A stretch of 63,172 nucleotides of DNA, counting the filler, from Welwitschia mirabilis (taxonomy: Eukaryota), in NCBI GenBank assembly GCA_051453625.1. It is 7 parts of one record of this genome, joined end to end, with 100 filler letters (N's around TTAATTAATTAA, not from the genome) between each part and the next. Parts side by side here need not be neighbours in the genome. Positions count along the whole stretch, not along the records: positions 1 to 2,945 come from JBOZIK010000001.1; positions 3,046 to 10,944 come from JBOZIK010000001.1; positions 11,045 to 36,958 come from JBOZIK010000001.1; 4 more parts are not named here. One strand, written 5' to 3'. Below, in pieces: positions 1 through 12,256 of the stretch (position 1 is its first letter; each line of letters opens with the position of its first letter). Both the position numbers and the translations under genes were made by a program. The notes under the pieces were generated by a model, which was given only the letters and a program-made list of their open reading frames with translations, was not told where the DNA came from and ran no database searches.

Positions 1-392
1 ATAAATTATCCTTTTTATTTAATATATGCAAGAATCTTACCCTCATAGTTTATGTTGTTTAAAATTCGTGAAAGGTTTCTTCTATTATATAATTATAAGG
101 GCAGCCTTTGTTAAGGTTGAGCTTGATTAGATTAGGTGCATCATTGTTTCTCTTCATAGAGTAGTTTTGCATTGCTATTTTATTTCTATGCATTACAATT
201 CATTTCAATAGATTAGAGTTACACATTTCTTTCTCAAAATTAACTCTTTATTATCCATACTATTGGCCTTCAATGGAATTATGACATTTGGATCACTTCG
301 ACTATACTAACGTGCTATATTTGTGCATCTTATTTGTAATTAATAGGATTTAAATCAAGGCATGAAACATTTCATAAATTCATATCGCAATA
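1..392 (+). repeat. 3' part of an element-A LTR, probably the missing end of the 3' LTR cut at 10944
   Basis: About 215-392 aligns with 4550-4731 (ggaattatgacatttggatcactt...cataaattcatatcgcaata vs ...cacactgcaaca). It is followed by ATCAC (393-397), not by a primer-binding site (PBS). Confidence 0.85.
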
Positions 393-1035
393 ATCACCAA
401 TCCTCCAATGCTAAAAAGATAACTAAATGATTTTAAATGGTGGTTTTTATAACTTTTCTAATGTGGTTATAAGTCAAAAAGGTTAGTACAAGTGAATAAG
501 CATTATTAGGCATAAACTAGACTTTAGTTGACTTAGTTAAGAAGAAGTTATGGCACTATCATATTACTATCATCATGGGAATGATAAGTGATATGACACC
601 CCTTCATTATCCAATCACAGCTCACCACATCAGAAACTTGTTGAAATTTGAATTGAAAACTTAATGGATATGTTGTCTTCTGTGTCATGAGAATAACATA
701 GACCACAATAGCCATGNNNNNNNNNNNNNNNNNNNNNNNNNNNNNNNNNNNNNNNNNNNNNNNNNNNNNNNNNNNNNNNNNNNNNNNNNNNNNNNNNNNN
801 NNNNNNNNNNNNNNNNNNNNNNNNCATTTTGTTGAGATTTTTCTCTACTTTTTGCTCCACTTTGTTCCTTAGTTGAATTCCTATTTTTTTGAATGAAAAT
901 ATGGTAATTAAGATCATAATTGAATTATTAGATGAATTCATGACAAAATTCCTAAAAATGACTGAATTGAGTTCCTATTCCATGCAAAACATTGCCAATT
1001 ACACTATTAAAACATGATAATTTGGGATCATAACA
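393..1035 (-). repeat. Element B 3' LTR, portion right of the element-A insertion
   Basis: Aligns with 12809-13423 and ends ...cataaca. A minus-strand polypurine tract (PPT)-like motif is adjacent at 1036-1062 (reverse complement actaacaaaatgttaagtgggtagcta), resembling 30880-30905. Confidence 0.85.
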
Positions 1036-1299
1036 TAGCTACCCACTTAACATTTTGTTAGTATCTTGATAAACAAAGTGAATGAGGACTCTGTGATGCC
1101 AAATTATTGGGGAAGAAAAACTTCAACATCAGATAAAAAATTACATTGCATGTTTAGATAAATTGGCAATTTAAGATAAAAGAAAGTTATCATCATTACA
1201 TAAGTATCAATTATCAATTCCAAAAAATCAATGTACCTGAGTACAATGATATGAAGAAACACAGTTTTTTATAAAACTCAGAACTATATCAACAATCAT

Positions 1300-2293
1300 G
1301 GGTCCCTTTGTGGAGAGGATCACAACTCAACCTTCATGTTAGTGTCTCTCTTATCACTTCTCTCCATAGATGGCTTAACGATAGAATCCTCAATATCTAG
1401 AAAGTAATGAGAGATGTACTCTTATAGGCTGGATCTGGTCACATCATGATGGACATAAACCATCTTAGGGATTTCCACCAAAGTATCATGCTGAATGTCA
1501 ATCACCCTCTCCAAGGTATCTCGACCCTACTCCTCTATAGTGGAAATGCGTGCCTCTAACTAATCAAGTCATATGGTAAGGATGCCACGACGATCCTCTA
1601 TCTATGAAGATAGCCTATACTCCATCCCTCCTAACAATGTAGTAAACTAATCTAGGGTGATGCCTCAAACTGATTGAAGCTTTTCATGAGAAGGTGACTA
1701 TGCTGTAGGTGCCTCACAAGGAGCTGTTGGAGTCATACCCAAATATCGCTATCCCCATTCATCTAAAATAGGTATCATCAGCTGTGATATGGATTGAGTA
1801 AGGAGTCTCTACTAGAATGAGGATCTTAAATCATTGAAATAAAGCACTCATTAGATAGGGATAAGCGATGGTAGAAAATCTACACTAGGTGTTAATCCAT
1901 CTCAATTAGTACTAAATGAGGATAGCTAAGTTCATCCTCTTTGCCTAATAAATAAGGGCTAAAATCTGAATATGGGTAATCATATCATGTGAGTTATGAT
2001 GAACTACAGCTATGTTATGAATAATGGCTTAGTGAAGGATGTAGTAATAGAAGGGCAAATATGTCACAGTGACCCCTTACCGATCATCACCTTCATGATA
2101 TGGTAACTCCAACTGGATGATGTAGGTTCATCTCTTTGATATACCCTCATCAATATCAATCCTCTTCCGATCTCTAGGAAAGTCAATGATAGTTGTAATG
2201 TGCTACATCTCAATATATATATGATGTCCTCCTACAGTGGCTCTGATCTGATTATAACATGAACCGTTCTCCCAGGTGACTAAGATAACCTTA
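1300..2293 (-). pseudogene. Degenerate Athila-type accessory ORF (env-like / Transposase_32-like) of element B
   Basis: Minus-strand translation with stops: IRATVGGHHIYIEM*HITTIIDFP...LPFYYYILH*AIIHNIAV...MNLAILI...AYPYLMSALFQ*FKI. Resembles the LH..I.HNI / N....I / LPY..LIT.IF pattern of this family and lies just upstream of the PPT. Left boundary approximate. Confidence 0.6.
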
Positions 2294-2945
2294 NNNNNNN
2301 NNNNNNNNNNNNNNNNNNNNNNNNNNNNNNNNNNNNNNNNNNNNNNNNNNNNNNNNNNNNNNNNNNNNNNNNNNNNNNNNNNNNNNNNNNNNNNNNNNNN
2401 NNNNNNNNNNNNNNNNNNNNNNNNNNNNNNNNNNNNNNNNNNNNNNNNNNNNNNNNNNNNNNNNNNNNNNNNNNNNNNNNNNNNNNNNNNNNNNNNNNNN
2501 NNNNNNNNNNNNNNNNNNNNNNNNNNNNNNNNNNNNNNNNNNNNNNNNNNNNNNNNNNNNNNNNNNNNNNNNNNNNNNNNNNNNNNNNNNNNNNNNNNNN
2601 NNNNNNNNNNNNNNNNNNNNNNNNNNNNNNNNNNNNNNNNNNNNNNNNTCTCCCATAAGAACCGAATTATAGCTAATTGAACAAGGATCGATTTGACATC
2701 TAAAATAGCAAAAACTATAGTGAGTTAAGTGTGTAATAAGTAAAAAACTCCAAAAAGTGAAAAACATATACTTTTAGGAAAAAATACTCATAAATTTGAA
2801 TTTAGTAAATGAAATTCGATTTCATAAGTTTCTAGGCATAGATTGGCCAAAAATATAGGTGGGTATGGAGAGAAATCATTTGATATATCCTACAATAAGA
2901 TAAATAAGCAAAATTTACAAATCTAGAACCATGGAAAAGGGAGAA

Positions 2946-3045
2946 NNNNNNNNNNNNNNNNNNNNNNNNNNNNNNNNNNNNNNNNNNNNTTAATTAATTA
3001 ANNNNNNNNNNNNNNNNNNNNNNNNNNNNNNNNNNNNNNNNNNNN
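2946..3045. other. Artificial assembly linker
   Basis: 44 N + TTAATTAATTAA (2990-3001) + 44 N; the 12-mer gives stops in all six frames. Confidence 0.97.
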
Positions 3046-3135
3046 TTACCAAGGGAATTTGTTAGTTAGAATTTAAGATAAGTAAGCAATCTTTTTTATA
3101 TTATTAGTTATCCATTTTTAGTTTTTTTCTTTCGT
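3046..3135 (+). mobile_element. PBS remnant and 5' leader of a C-family element (left part of C2)
   Basis: ttaccaagggaatttgttagttagaatttaag...aagcaatctt matches 25402-25500 (ttgctaagggaatttgttaggttagcatttagg...aagcaatctt). Confidence 0.65.
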
Positions 3136-3139
3136 TGTC

Positions 3140-3524
3140 TTATTGGATTTTATGTTTTTTTTTTGTAATGCAAAAATGGAAATTGACAATGCAACGATTC
3201 TAATGTGCAATGCAAAAAATAAAGATAGATGAGATGTAAGCCTATGATAACCAAATTTTTGAGTTATTATCACCCAAATCAACTCTTATGACCTATATTT
3301 AATNNNNNNNNNNNNNNNNNNNNNNNNNNNNNNNNNNNNNNNNNNNNNNNNNNNNNNNNNNNNNNNNAATTAAAGAAGAAAGACATTTTATTAAATAAAT
3401 TGAATGTCTTACAAATACCTCAATAAGGTAGTAACTCCTCAGTATCAGAAGCATAGCCTAATCATCAAGAATGATCTATTCTATGTTGAAGTTAGATCCT
3501 TGACTCCTTAGATGCCTTTATCAC
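3140..3524 (-). repeat. Element B 3' LTR, portion left of the element-A insertion
   Basis: Aligns with about 12435-12813 and stops at ATCAC 3520-3524. The terminal ~180 bp of the LTR are absent. Confidence 0.85.
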
Positions 3525-4734
3525 TATTATTACACTAGCTTATGTGTATTTGATAGGGTATTTTGAGTTGTTTTGTAGATAAAAACTAATAGATGAATAA
3601 TTAGTTCTTAGAAAAATAGAAAATCAAGGAGCATAAGACAAAAACATGCAATTATCAAATAATTCATCAGTATTTCATGCAGATTCAAAAAAGTATCATT
3701 TTGGATAATGATTCTTATAGAAAACAAAGTAATCATACTGATAAAAGATCAAGAAAAAACTGTCATCCCCTTCGTCGTACACACGATAGTTAGGATAACA
3801 ACCTTAGCTAGGCAATAGCTAAAGTTTGCATCTAGATAACTTGNNNNNNNNNNNNNNNNNNNNNNNNNNNNNNNNNNNNNNNNNNNNNNNNNNNNNNNNN
3901 NNNNNNNNNNNNNNNNNNNNNNNNNNNNNNNNNNNNNNNNNNNNNNNNNNNNNNNNNNNNNNNNNNNNNNNNNNNTTAGAGTTCCAATTATCAGTCCTTG
4001 TCATCTCCTCCTTCGTTTGGATGATAAGAAGGATGACATTATTTTTTCATACTTTTACCAAATGTATTCTCGAGTTATCATCACTTCTTTATGACTTTAC
4101 TTTGCATGTTAGCTAGGGTTTATTTTCTATTTCTTTGTCAGTTTCCCTTCCCTTTCTGTTTATAAATAAAAATCTCCCCCTTGATCCCTAATCATCTTTA
4201 ATAGTACCTAATATTCTCATGATAGGAGACCTTGTAACCAGAGAACCATCTTGTAATCTAGAGAGACTTTACCTTGGTGTTGGGTAGCGTATNNNNNNNN
4301 NNNNNNNNNNNNNNNNNNNNNNNNNNNNNNNNNNNNNNNNNNNNNNNNNNNNNNNNNNNNNNNNNNNNNNNNNNNNNNNNNNNNNNNNNNNNNNNNNNNN
4401 NNNNNNNNNNNNNNNNNNNNNNNNNNNNNNNNNNNNNNNNNNNNNNNNNNNNNNNNNNNNNNNNNNNNNNNNNNNNNNNNNNNNNNNNNNNNNNNNNNNN
4501 NNNNNNNNNNNNNNNNNNNNNNNNNNNNNNNNNNNNNNNNNNNNNNNNNGATTAGAGTTAGATATTTATTTCTTAAAATCAACTCTTTATTATATATACT
4601 ATTGTCCTTCAATGGAATTATGATATTTGGATCACTTTGACTATACTAGCGTGCTATATTTATACATCTTATTTGTAATTAATAGGATTTAAATCAAGGC
4701 GTGAAACATTGCATAAATTCACACTGCAACAAAT

Positions 4735-4752
4735 TAACGCCATTGCAGGGGA
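4735..4752 (+). promoter_or_regulatory. Decayed tRNA-Asp primer-binding site of element A
   Basis: taacgccattgcagggga vs Athila TGGCGCCGTTGCCGGGGA (14/18), 3 bp after the LTR end ...caaca. Confidence 0.8.
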
Positions 4753-5964
4753 AGGCTGCTGGGAAATCGAGAGTTGTCATTGCTTCAGTGGATATTCTGG
4801 ATATTTGCTGCAACAGTGGTATACTAGTACTCTATAAGTATTTTATTTCAGTTTTAACTTTTTACTAACCACTGATGTCCCCTTTGTTATCTAGACATTA
4901 CAATTGGATAACTATTTCCTTTTCTACTTTTCCTCTTTCTATGATTGTCTGTGTTTTTTGTTTCTATCATCCAGGAATCATCTAGACAACATATAGGATA
5001 ACACCAAAACTAAATGGTAAAAATAGGAAAAGGCAAAAAATACCACAGAGAGAGGCAATTCGTTAATGTAANNNNNNNNNNNNNNNNNNNNNNNNNNNNN
5101 NNNNNNNNNNNNNNNNNNNNNNNNNNNNNNNNNNNNNNNNNNNNNNNNNNNNNNNNNNNNNNNNNNNNNNNNNNNNNNNNNNNNNNNNNNNNNNNNNNNN
5201 NNNNNNNNNNNNNNNNNNNNNNNNNNNNNNNNNNNNNNNNNNNNNNNNNNNNNNNNNNNNNNNNNNNNNNNNNNNNNNNNNNNNNNNNNNNNNNNNNNNN
5301 NNNNNNNNNNNNNNNNNNNNNNNNNNNNNNNNNNNNNNNNNNNNNNNNNNNNNNNNNNNNNNNNNNNNNNNNNNNNNNNNNNNNNNNNNNNNNNNNNNNN
5401 NNNNNNNNNNNNNNNNNNNNNNNNNNNNNNNNNNNNNNNNNNNNNNNNNNNNNNNNNNNNNNNNNNNNNNNNNNNNNNNNNNNNNNNNNNNNNNNNNNNN
5501 NNNNNNNNNNNNNNNNNNNNNNNNNNNNNNNNNNNNNNNNNNNNNNNNNNNNNNNNNNNNNNNNNNNNNNNNNNNNNNNNNNNNNNNNNNNNNNNNNNNN
5601 NNNNNNNNNNNNNNNNNNNNNNNNNNNNNNNNNNNNNNNNNNNNNNNNNNNNNNNNNNNNNNNNNNNNNNNNNNNNNNNNNNNNNNNNNNNNNNNNNNNN
5701 NNNNNNNNNNNNNNNNNNNNNNNNNNNNNNNNNNNNNNNNNNNNNNNNNNNNNNNNNNNNNNNNNNNNNNNNNNNNNNNNNNNNNNNNNNNNNNNNNNNN
5801 NNNNNNNNNNNNNNNNNNNNNNNNNNNNNNNNNNNNNNNNNNNNNNNNNNNNNNNNNNNNNNNNNNNNNNNNNNNNNNNNNNNNNNNNNNNNNNNNNNNN
5901 NNNNNNNNNNNNNNNNNNNNNNNNNNNNNNNNNNNNNNNNNNNNNNNNNNNNNNNNNNNNNNNN

Positions 5965-7000
5965 TTTAATCCTGGAGAAGAGTCTGATTTTAATTTTGAA
6001 AAATCTAAAATCATGTCGACCTCTCACTAAAAATAACCTATTTCACCAAATCCACCCCTTATCATTGGAACCATTACTCCTACTCCTCATGTGACTTTGA
6101 GGGATCTCATAGCAAATAAAAGACTTAAAATCCAAAACCCTTTCGACTTATCTTCTAGTGATGATATGGAATTAAAAAACCTAAATGCTTACCCTATCTT
6201 TTAAGAAGAACCTAATGAAGACCCCCTACAACACATCGCTGAAATTGAATAACTCATTCTTACTTCTGAAAGCGGTAAAAAGTGCATAACTGATACAACC
6301 TACATGGTCATTTTCCTCATCACATTATAAGATAAGGCTAAATTTTGGCTTAGAACAATCTCTCATAAGAGTCTAAAATCTTAAAGTCAAGTTCAAGAAG
6401 CCTTTATCAAAATATTTATAAATAAAACCGTCATCCGGAAATGTAAAAAAGAAGTTACAAACTTCCAACAACTATCTAACGAAGATTATGCCTCTTCTTA
6501 CAAGAGATTCTTTGTGGCTTTACACTCAAATTCTATAGATGCCTTTTCAGAGGTAGAATTAATAGACTATTTCTATAGTGGATTAGACAGTCATACTAAG
6601 CAACTTATAAATTTCTCTTTTGGAGGCAACCTCTTAAACCAAACCTTAGAAGATGCTTGAAAGATATTAGAAGATTTAGTCAAAAGAAGTCAAACTTAGA
6701 AAAAATATTCATCTAAAGAAAATAGAATAGTAGGCTAAATCATCAAAGACCTTAAAAAAGTCAAACATGAGAAAGCTACAACCAAAATAGAATATGAACC
6801 AACTGGCTTCATTAAGGATTTCACATCTACTTTAGAGAAATACATCCAGATGATCCTTGATGCTAAAGTGACAATTGAGAAAAGTCAAATTATTGTTCCA
6901 ACTTGTGATTTGTGCGAGGATATTTGTCACATCATAAAAGAGTGTCCTTTACTTCCTACATATAAAGAAATAATTTATAAAGAAGTTTGTGCTTTAAACT
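5965..7000 (+). pseudogene. gag: Athila-type gag with zinc knuckle, multiple stops
   Basis: PNEDPLQHIAEIE...L*DKAKFWLRTI...EVTNFQQLSNED...YFYSGLDSHTKQLINFSFGGNLLNQTLEDA; CDLCEDICHIIKEC at about 6904-6945. Confidence 0.9.
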
Positions 7001-7689
7001 AAGGATCCTCTAACTACACTCAAAATTATACCCAAAGATAAGTCCCCAATTACAATTTTTAATATAGGATGAATGAATAACTAATAATTTTCAAACACAT
7101 TATCTTAACTCCCAACCATTCTGAAATAGATTTGATCATTAAAACTTTCAATTCAACTATCAAAATAACTTGGAAAATCCTTCCAAATCCTAGAACCATG
7201 GTGATCCTCTTAGGATTTATATTGAGGAGTTAAGAAAAACTTAAAAAAAGACATGCAAACATAGAAAATATTGTGAATATCTTGTAATAAACCATGTTTG
7301 CCAATCAAAGACCACAAGGAATCCTTACCACTCAACCCTTATCAAACCTTAACAAAGTATGAAAAGATTATAATGTGGTGATAAGAATAATGAAGAAGAA
7401 GACATAGAAACCTTAGAAAATCATTTATTTCCTTCTTCACTTAATAACAAAAAGAAAGATCAGTCCCAAAAGAAACCCACTTCCCCATGGCTTAATAGAC
7501 TTAATGAAGATCCTATCTTTAATGAACATTTGAAAGACTTAATGTAGAACATAAGCATCAATTTACCTTTTTGGAAACTTTTACAAGAAAACCCCAAATA
7601 CTCTAAGCTATGGAAAGACTTAACCAGAAGAAAATAAAAATGCATTATCCCTAGTAAAGTCTTCCTAGCTCAATCCATTAGCAACTTAA

Positions 7690-7935
7690 TTTCCAAGAAG
7701 TGTCCAAAATTTAAAGATTTAGGGGTAGCAACTTTTAATATTACTTTAGAGGGAAATTGAAGAATTAAGAAAGCCTTGATAGATATAGGAGCCAGTGTTA
7801 ATATCATGCCCTTACACATTTGTAAATGTTTAGAATTGAAAGAACGAATAGAACCTATACAAATTGTCTTAGAATTAGCTGATTCATCTGTCAATAAATC
7901 CTTAGGTGTGATAAAGGACTTGGTTATTTAGATCG
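7690..7935 (+). pseudogene. Athila-type aspartic protease relic
   Basis: CPKFKDLGVATFNI...KKALIDIGASVNIMP...LELADSSVNKSLGVIKDLVI matches PKLKDPG...ALCDLGASINLMP...LQLADRS. Confidence 0.9.
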
Positions 7936-10900
7936 NNNNNNNNNNNNNNNNNNNNNNNNNNNNNNNNNNNNNNNNNNNNNNNNNNNNNNNNNNNNNNNNN
8001 NNNNNNNNNNNNNNNNNNNNNNNNNNNNNNNNNNNNNNNNNNNNNNNNNNNNNNNNNNNNNNNNNNNNNNNNNNNNNNNNNNNNNNNNNNNNNNNNNNNN
8101 NNNNNNNNNNNNNNNNNNNNNNNNNNNNNNNNNNNNNNNNNNNNNNNNNNNNNNNNNNNNNNNNNNNNNNNNNNNNNNNNNNNNNNNNNNNNNNNNNNNN
8201 NNNNNNNNNNNNNNNNNNNNNNNNNNNNNNNNNNNNNNNNNNNNNNNNNNNNNNNNNNNNNNNNNNNNNNNNNNNNNNNNNNNNNNNNNNNNNNNNNNNN
8301 NNNNNNNNNNNNNNNNNNNNNNNNNNNNNNNNNNNNNNNNNNNNNNNNNNNNNNNNNNNNNNNNNNNNNNNNNNNNNNNNNNNNNNNNNNNNNNNNNNNN
8401 NNNNNNNNNNNNNNNNNNNNNNNNNNNNNNNNNNNNNNNNNNNNNNNNNNNNNNNNNNNNNNNNNNNNNNNNNNNNNNNNNNNNNNNNNNNNNNNNAATT
8501 TTCAATATGAGTCTTTGATGTAGCTAAAAAATAATTAAAAAATGATTTAGAATTGTAGGATGATATAAAACCTAGCCTATCTTTACAGAGCCATCCAAAC
8601 CTAACAAAAATTATAAAAGAATAAATTATAAAAATAATGGATGAAAAATGGTATGCACACATAGAAAATTATTGAAATGACATGAGGATTTTTAGACACA
8701 ATAGAAGCATTTGTTTCCTACCTAAGTTCTTTCTTAGCCTACTTCCTTAGTTAGATATTATAACTTTATCTGATCATCTTTTAACTTTACTTATGTATTA
8801 CTTNNNNNNNNNNNNNNNNNNNNNNNNNNNNNNNNNNNNNNNNNNNNNNNNNNNNNNNNNNNNNNNNNNNNNNNNNNNNNNNNNNNNNNNNNNNNNNNNN
8901 NNNNNNNNNNNNNNNNNNNNNNNNNNNNNNNNNNNNNNNNNNNNNNNNNNNNNNNNNNNNNNNNNNNNNNNNNNNNNNNNNNNNNNNNNNNNNNNNNNNN
9001 NNNNNNNNNNNNNNNNNNNNNNNNNNNNNNNNNNNNNNNNNNNNNNNNNNNNNNNNNNNNNNNNNNNNNNNNNNNNNNNNNNNNNNNNNNNNNNNNNNNN
9101 NNNNNNNNNNNNNNNNNNNNNNNNNNNNNNNNNNNNNNNNNNNNNNNNNNNNNNNNNNNNNNNNNNNNNNNNNNNNNNNNNNNNNNNNNNNNNNNNNNNN
9201 NNNNNNNNNNNNNNNNNNNNNNNNNNNNNNNNNNNNNNNNNNNNNNNNNNNNNNNNNNNNNNNNNNNNNNNNNNNNNNNNNNNNNNNNNNNNNNNNNNNN
9301 NNNNNNNNTGAATTTGTAGGTAGAAATAGATGAGTCCATTTTTAAGTAACTTTTGGTTTTGACCTTCATTATTGTACACACTTGAACCTTGGATATCACT
9401 ATAACCACTATCCTTTCAAATGAATAATAGTGAGTTAATACATTTTATCATGCATTTTTACTCAGTTAATATTATGATGTTTTCCTTTGGAGTTTGCTAT
9501 GTTTGTACTTAGAATAGGTAAACATTCTTTTTCTTGTTTCTTGTATCTATTTCTCCTCAACTTTTCTTCTGTTTTCATGTCTACTATTTTCTAGTCATTT
9601 TCACATTTTCTTCTTTTCTTAGGACTTTACTCATTTAGTATTTTTCATTCTAGTTATTTTTGTATTTATCGTTTCCATTAGTTTAGGCAATTTGAAACGC
9701 ATTGCACATTTTAAGTGGGGGGCAGGATGATACACACATATTTTCAGTAATTCTGATATAATTTTTGAGATTATGATAAATCATTATTGCAAATCCTCCT
9801 TGATTTTTACATGATTATATGTAACTATTTATCATAGGAGGAACTGTTTATCAAAATTATATAATTAATGCAAAATCTAATTTCTATCATNNNNNNNNNN
9901 NNNNNNNNNNNNNNNNNNNNNNNNNNNNNNNNNNNNNNNNNNNNNNNNNNNNNNNNNNNNNNNNNNNNNNNNNNNNNNNNNNNNNNNNNNNNNNNNNNNN
10001 NNNNNNNNNNNNNNNNNNNNNNNNNNNNNNNNNNNNNNNNNNNNNNNNNNNNNNNNNNNNNNNNNNNNNNNNNNNNNNNNNNNNNNNNNNNNNNNNNNNN
10101 NNNNNNNNNNNNNNNNNNNNNNNNNNNNNNNNNNNNNNNNNNNNNNNNNNNNNNNNNNNNNNNNNNNNNNNNNNNNNNNNNNNNNNNNNNNNNNNNNNNN
10201 NNNNNNNNNNNNNNNNNNNNNNNNNNNNNNNNNNNNNNNNNNNNNNNNNNNNNNNNNNNNNNNNNNNNNNNNNNNNNNNNNNNNNNNNNNNNNNNNNNNN
10301 NNNNNNNNNNNNNNNNNNNNNNNNNNNNNNNNNNNNNNNNNNNNNNNNNNNNNNNNNNNNNNNNNNNNNNNNNNNNNNNNNNNNNNNNNNNNNNNNNNNN
10401 NNNNNNNNNNNNNNNNNNNNNNNNNNNNNNNNNNNNNNNNNNNNNNNNNNNNNNNNNNNNNNNNNNNNNNNNNNNNNNNNNNNNNNNNNNNNNNNNNNNN
10501 NNNNNNNNNNNNNNNNNNNNNNNNNCTAGTGGATGATATTTTCAAAACTAGTTGATAACGCTTCACATGCAGTCCAACAGGTAGTAAAAATAGAGCAAAC
10601 TTAAAGATCTAATTATCAGTCCTCATCGTCTCCTCCTTCGTCTGGATGATAAGAAGGATGACACTATTTTCTCATAGTTTTACTGAATGTATTCTTGAGT
10701 TATCATCACTTATTTGTGACTTTACTTTACATGTTAGCTAGGGTTTCTCTTCTATTTCTCTATTAGTTTCTCTGTTCTTTCTATTTATAAATAAAGGTCT
10801 CCCCCTTGATTCCTAATCATCTTTGATAGTACCTGACATTCTTGTGACAGGAGATCTTAGGACTGGAGAACCATCTTATAATCCAGAGAAACATTACCTT

Positions 10901-10944
10901 GGTATTGGGCAGTGTATCCTTCATTGAAGAATGACTACTTTGTG

Positions 10945-11044
10945 NNNNNNNNNNNNNNNNNNNNNNNNNNNNNNNNNNNNNNNNNNNNTTAATTAATTAA
11001 NNNNNNNNNNNNNNNNNNNNNNNNNNNNNNNNNNNNNNNNNNNN
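10945..11044. other. Artificial assembly linker
   Basis: 44 N + TTAATTAATTAA (10989-11000) + 44 N. Confidence 0.97.
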
Positions 11045-11640
11045 TCAAGTTTTGAGAATTTTTTAGGGTAAGGTCTTAAGCCAATTATTTGATTTTCCAC
11101 TCAATGTATAAGGAAATACTATCATGTAGTTTTTATTAGTTATAGGTTTCTTTTCATTACACATGAGCATCAATTGTTTAATGGTAGCAATATGTTCATA
11201 AGGATCTTTAGAAGTTTCTCCATAAAAAGAGGGATAGGAATTAAGATTTTTAATTTCTATGTCATCCCCAATAGGAAATTCAAAAGGATTATGAGTTTCT
11301 CTAAGTTTTGATCCATATTTATCTTTAAGAATTAGCTAGAAATCACTAGAAATTATAGACATTATGGGAGTTGTGGAATTCTGATTTACACATTTACTAT
11401 TCAAAAAATGTGAAGTTGAAACTTGATCTGAAGAAGAATTTAAATTAAGCCTAGAAGGACTTGTAACAGAAGAGATGGCTTTTGTTTCAAGCGGAGACTT
11501 AGAAATTCTAGAAGATGATTCAATAGATAATGAAAAATTTTCAAAATCTTCTAGTAAATCAAATTTATCAAATTAAGAAATAAAAAGTTGCTCACCTTTA
11601 CTCCTTGAATTATAAATTTGAATACCTTCTTAAATGACTC
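11045..11640 (-). pseudogene. gag: N-terminal gag of element B, cut by the linker
   Basis: NPFEFPIGDDIEIKNLNSYPSFYGETSKDPYEHIATIKQL...YMIVFPYTLSGKSNNWLKTL, homologous to element-A gag (NPFDLSSSDDMELKNLNAYPIF...). Confidence 0.85.
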
Positions 11641-12235
11641 TTTTAAAAATTGCTTTTCATGTTGAAAATATACCTTTTTATCTTTAGATTTTTATGGCAT
11701 TTCCTTGCTTCATTTGAAAAATCCAACCTTTTTACTCAAAACCATTTAGATAATTTCTAGAATCACATTAAAGTGCAAGGAGTAAACCCAAGGATTAAGA
11801 GTGATGTTTCTTCTTAAAATCTTTACTTAGGACCTAAGAAAAAAGACACCAGAAGGCTTCTTGCTATGTGGTAATCCTTCCAGATTGAATAAAGTACAAG
11901 AAGGTAGACCTAGCAAGGGAAAATTATTGCATTAAAAAAAAAAGAATAGCAAAAGAAGAGATAATTTATAATAAAAAGGTTAGACAACATAAACAACAAG
12001 TGGAAATAATATGTTATCCTCTAAGGGTGAATAATCTTACTTGGATAGGGGTAGATCTTAAAGATAATCTTACTTTGATCAAAAGAAAAGTAGGTCTCTT
12101 TAGGTAATCTCCTCAAAGCAAGAAAATTGCACTAATAGGTATTAGATAAAAATGAAAAGCTAATAGAAGTAATGATAACACAAATTTAATCCACTTTATT
12201 TTGATTTAAATGAACTTAATAGCTTATTTGGATGT

Positions 12236-12253
12236 TCCCTGGTAATGACACCA
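12236..12253 (-). promoter_or_regulatory. Decayed tRNA-Asp PBS of element B
   Basis: Reverse complement tggtgtcattaccaggga, 13/18 to the Athila PBS with all mismatches transitions; 3 bp from the LTR edge. Confidence 0.8.
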
Positions 12254-12256
12254 AAA

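Larger units (their letters stand above)
3525..10944 (+). mobile_element. Element A: Athila-like Ty3/gypsy LTR retrotransposon with gag and protease, no visible RT/RNase H/integrase
   Basis: 5' LTR 3525-4731; PBS 4735-4752; gag and protease relics; 3' LTR visible at 10526-10944 (3976-4292 aligns with 10601-10917, about 85% by hand count), with its start inside the 9891-10525 gap. Confidence 0.9.

Noticed and set aside
9711-9745. ttaagtggggggcagga|tgatac as PPT and 3' LTR start of element A
   Set aside because: The downstream sequence does not match the 5' LTR start at 3525; the LTR offset puts the true start near 10150, inside the gap.
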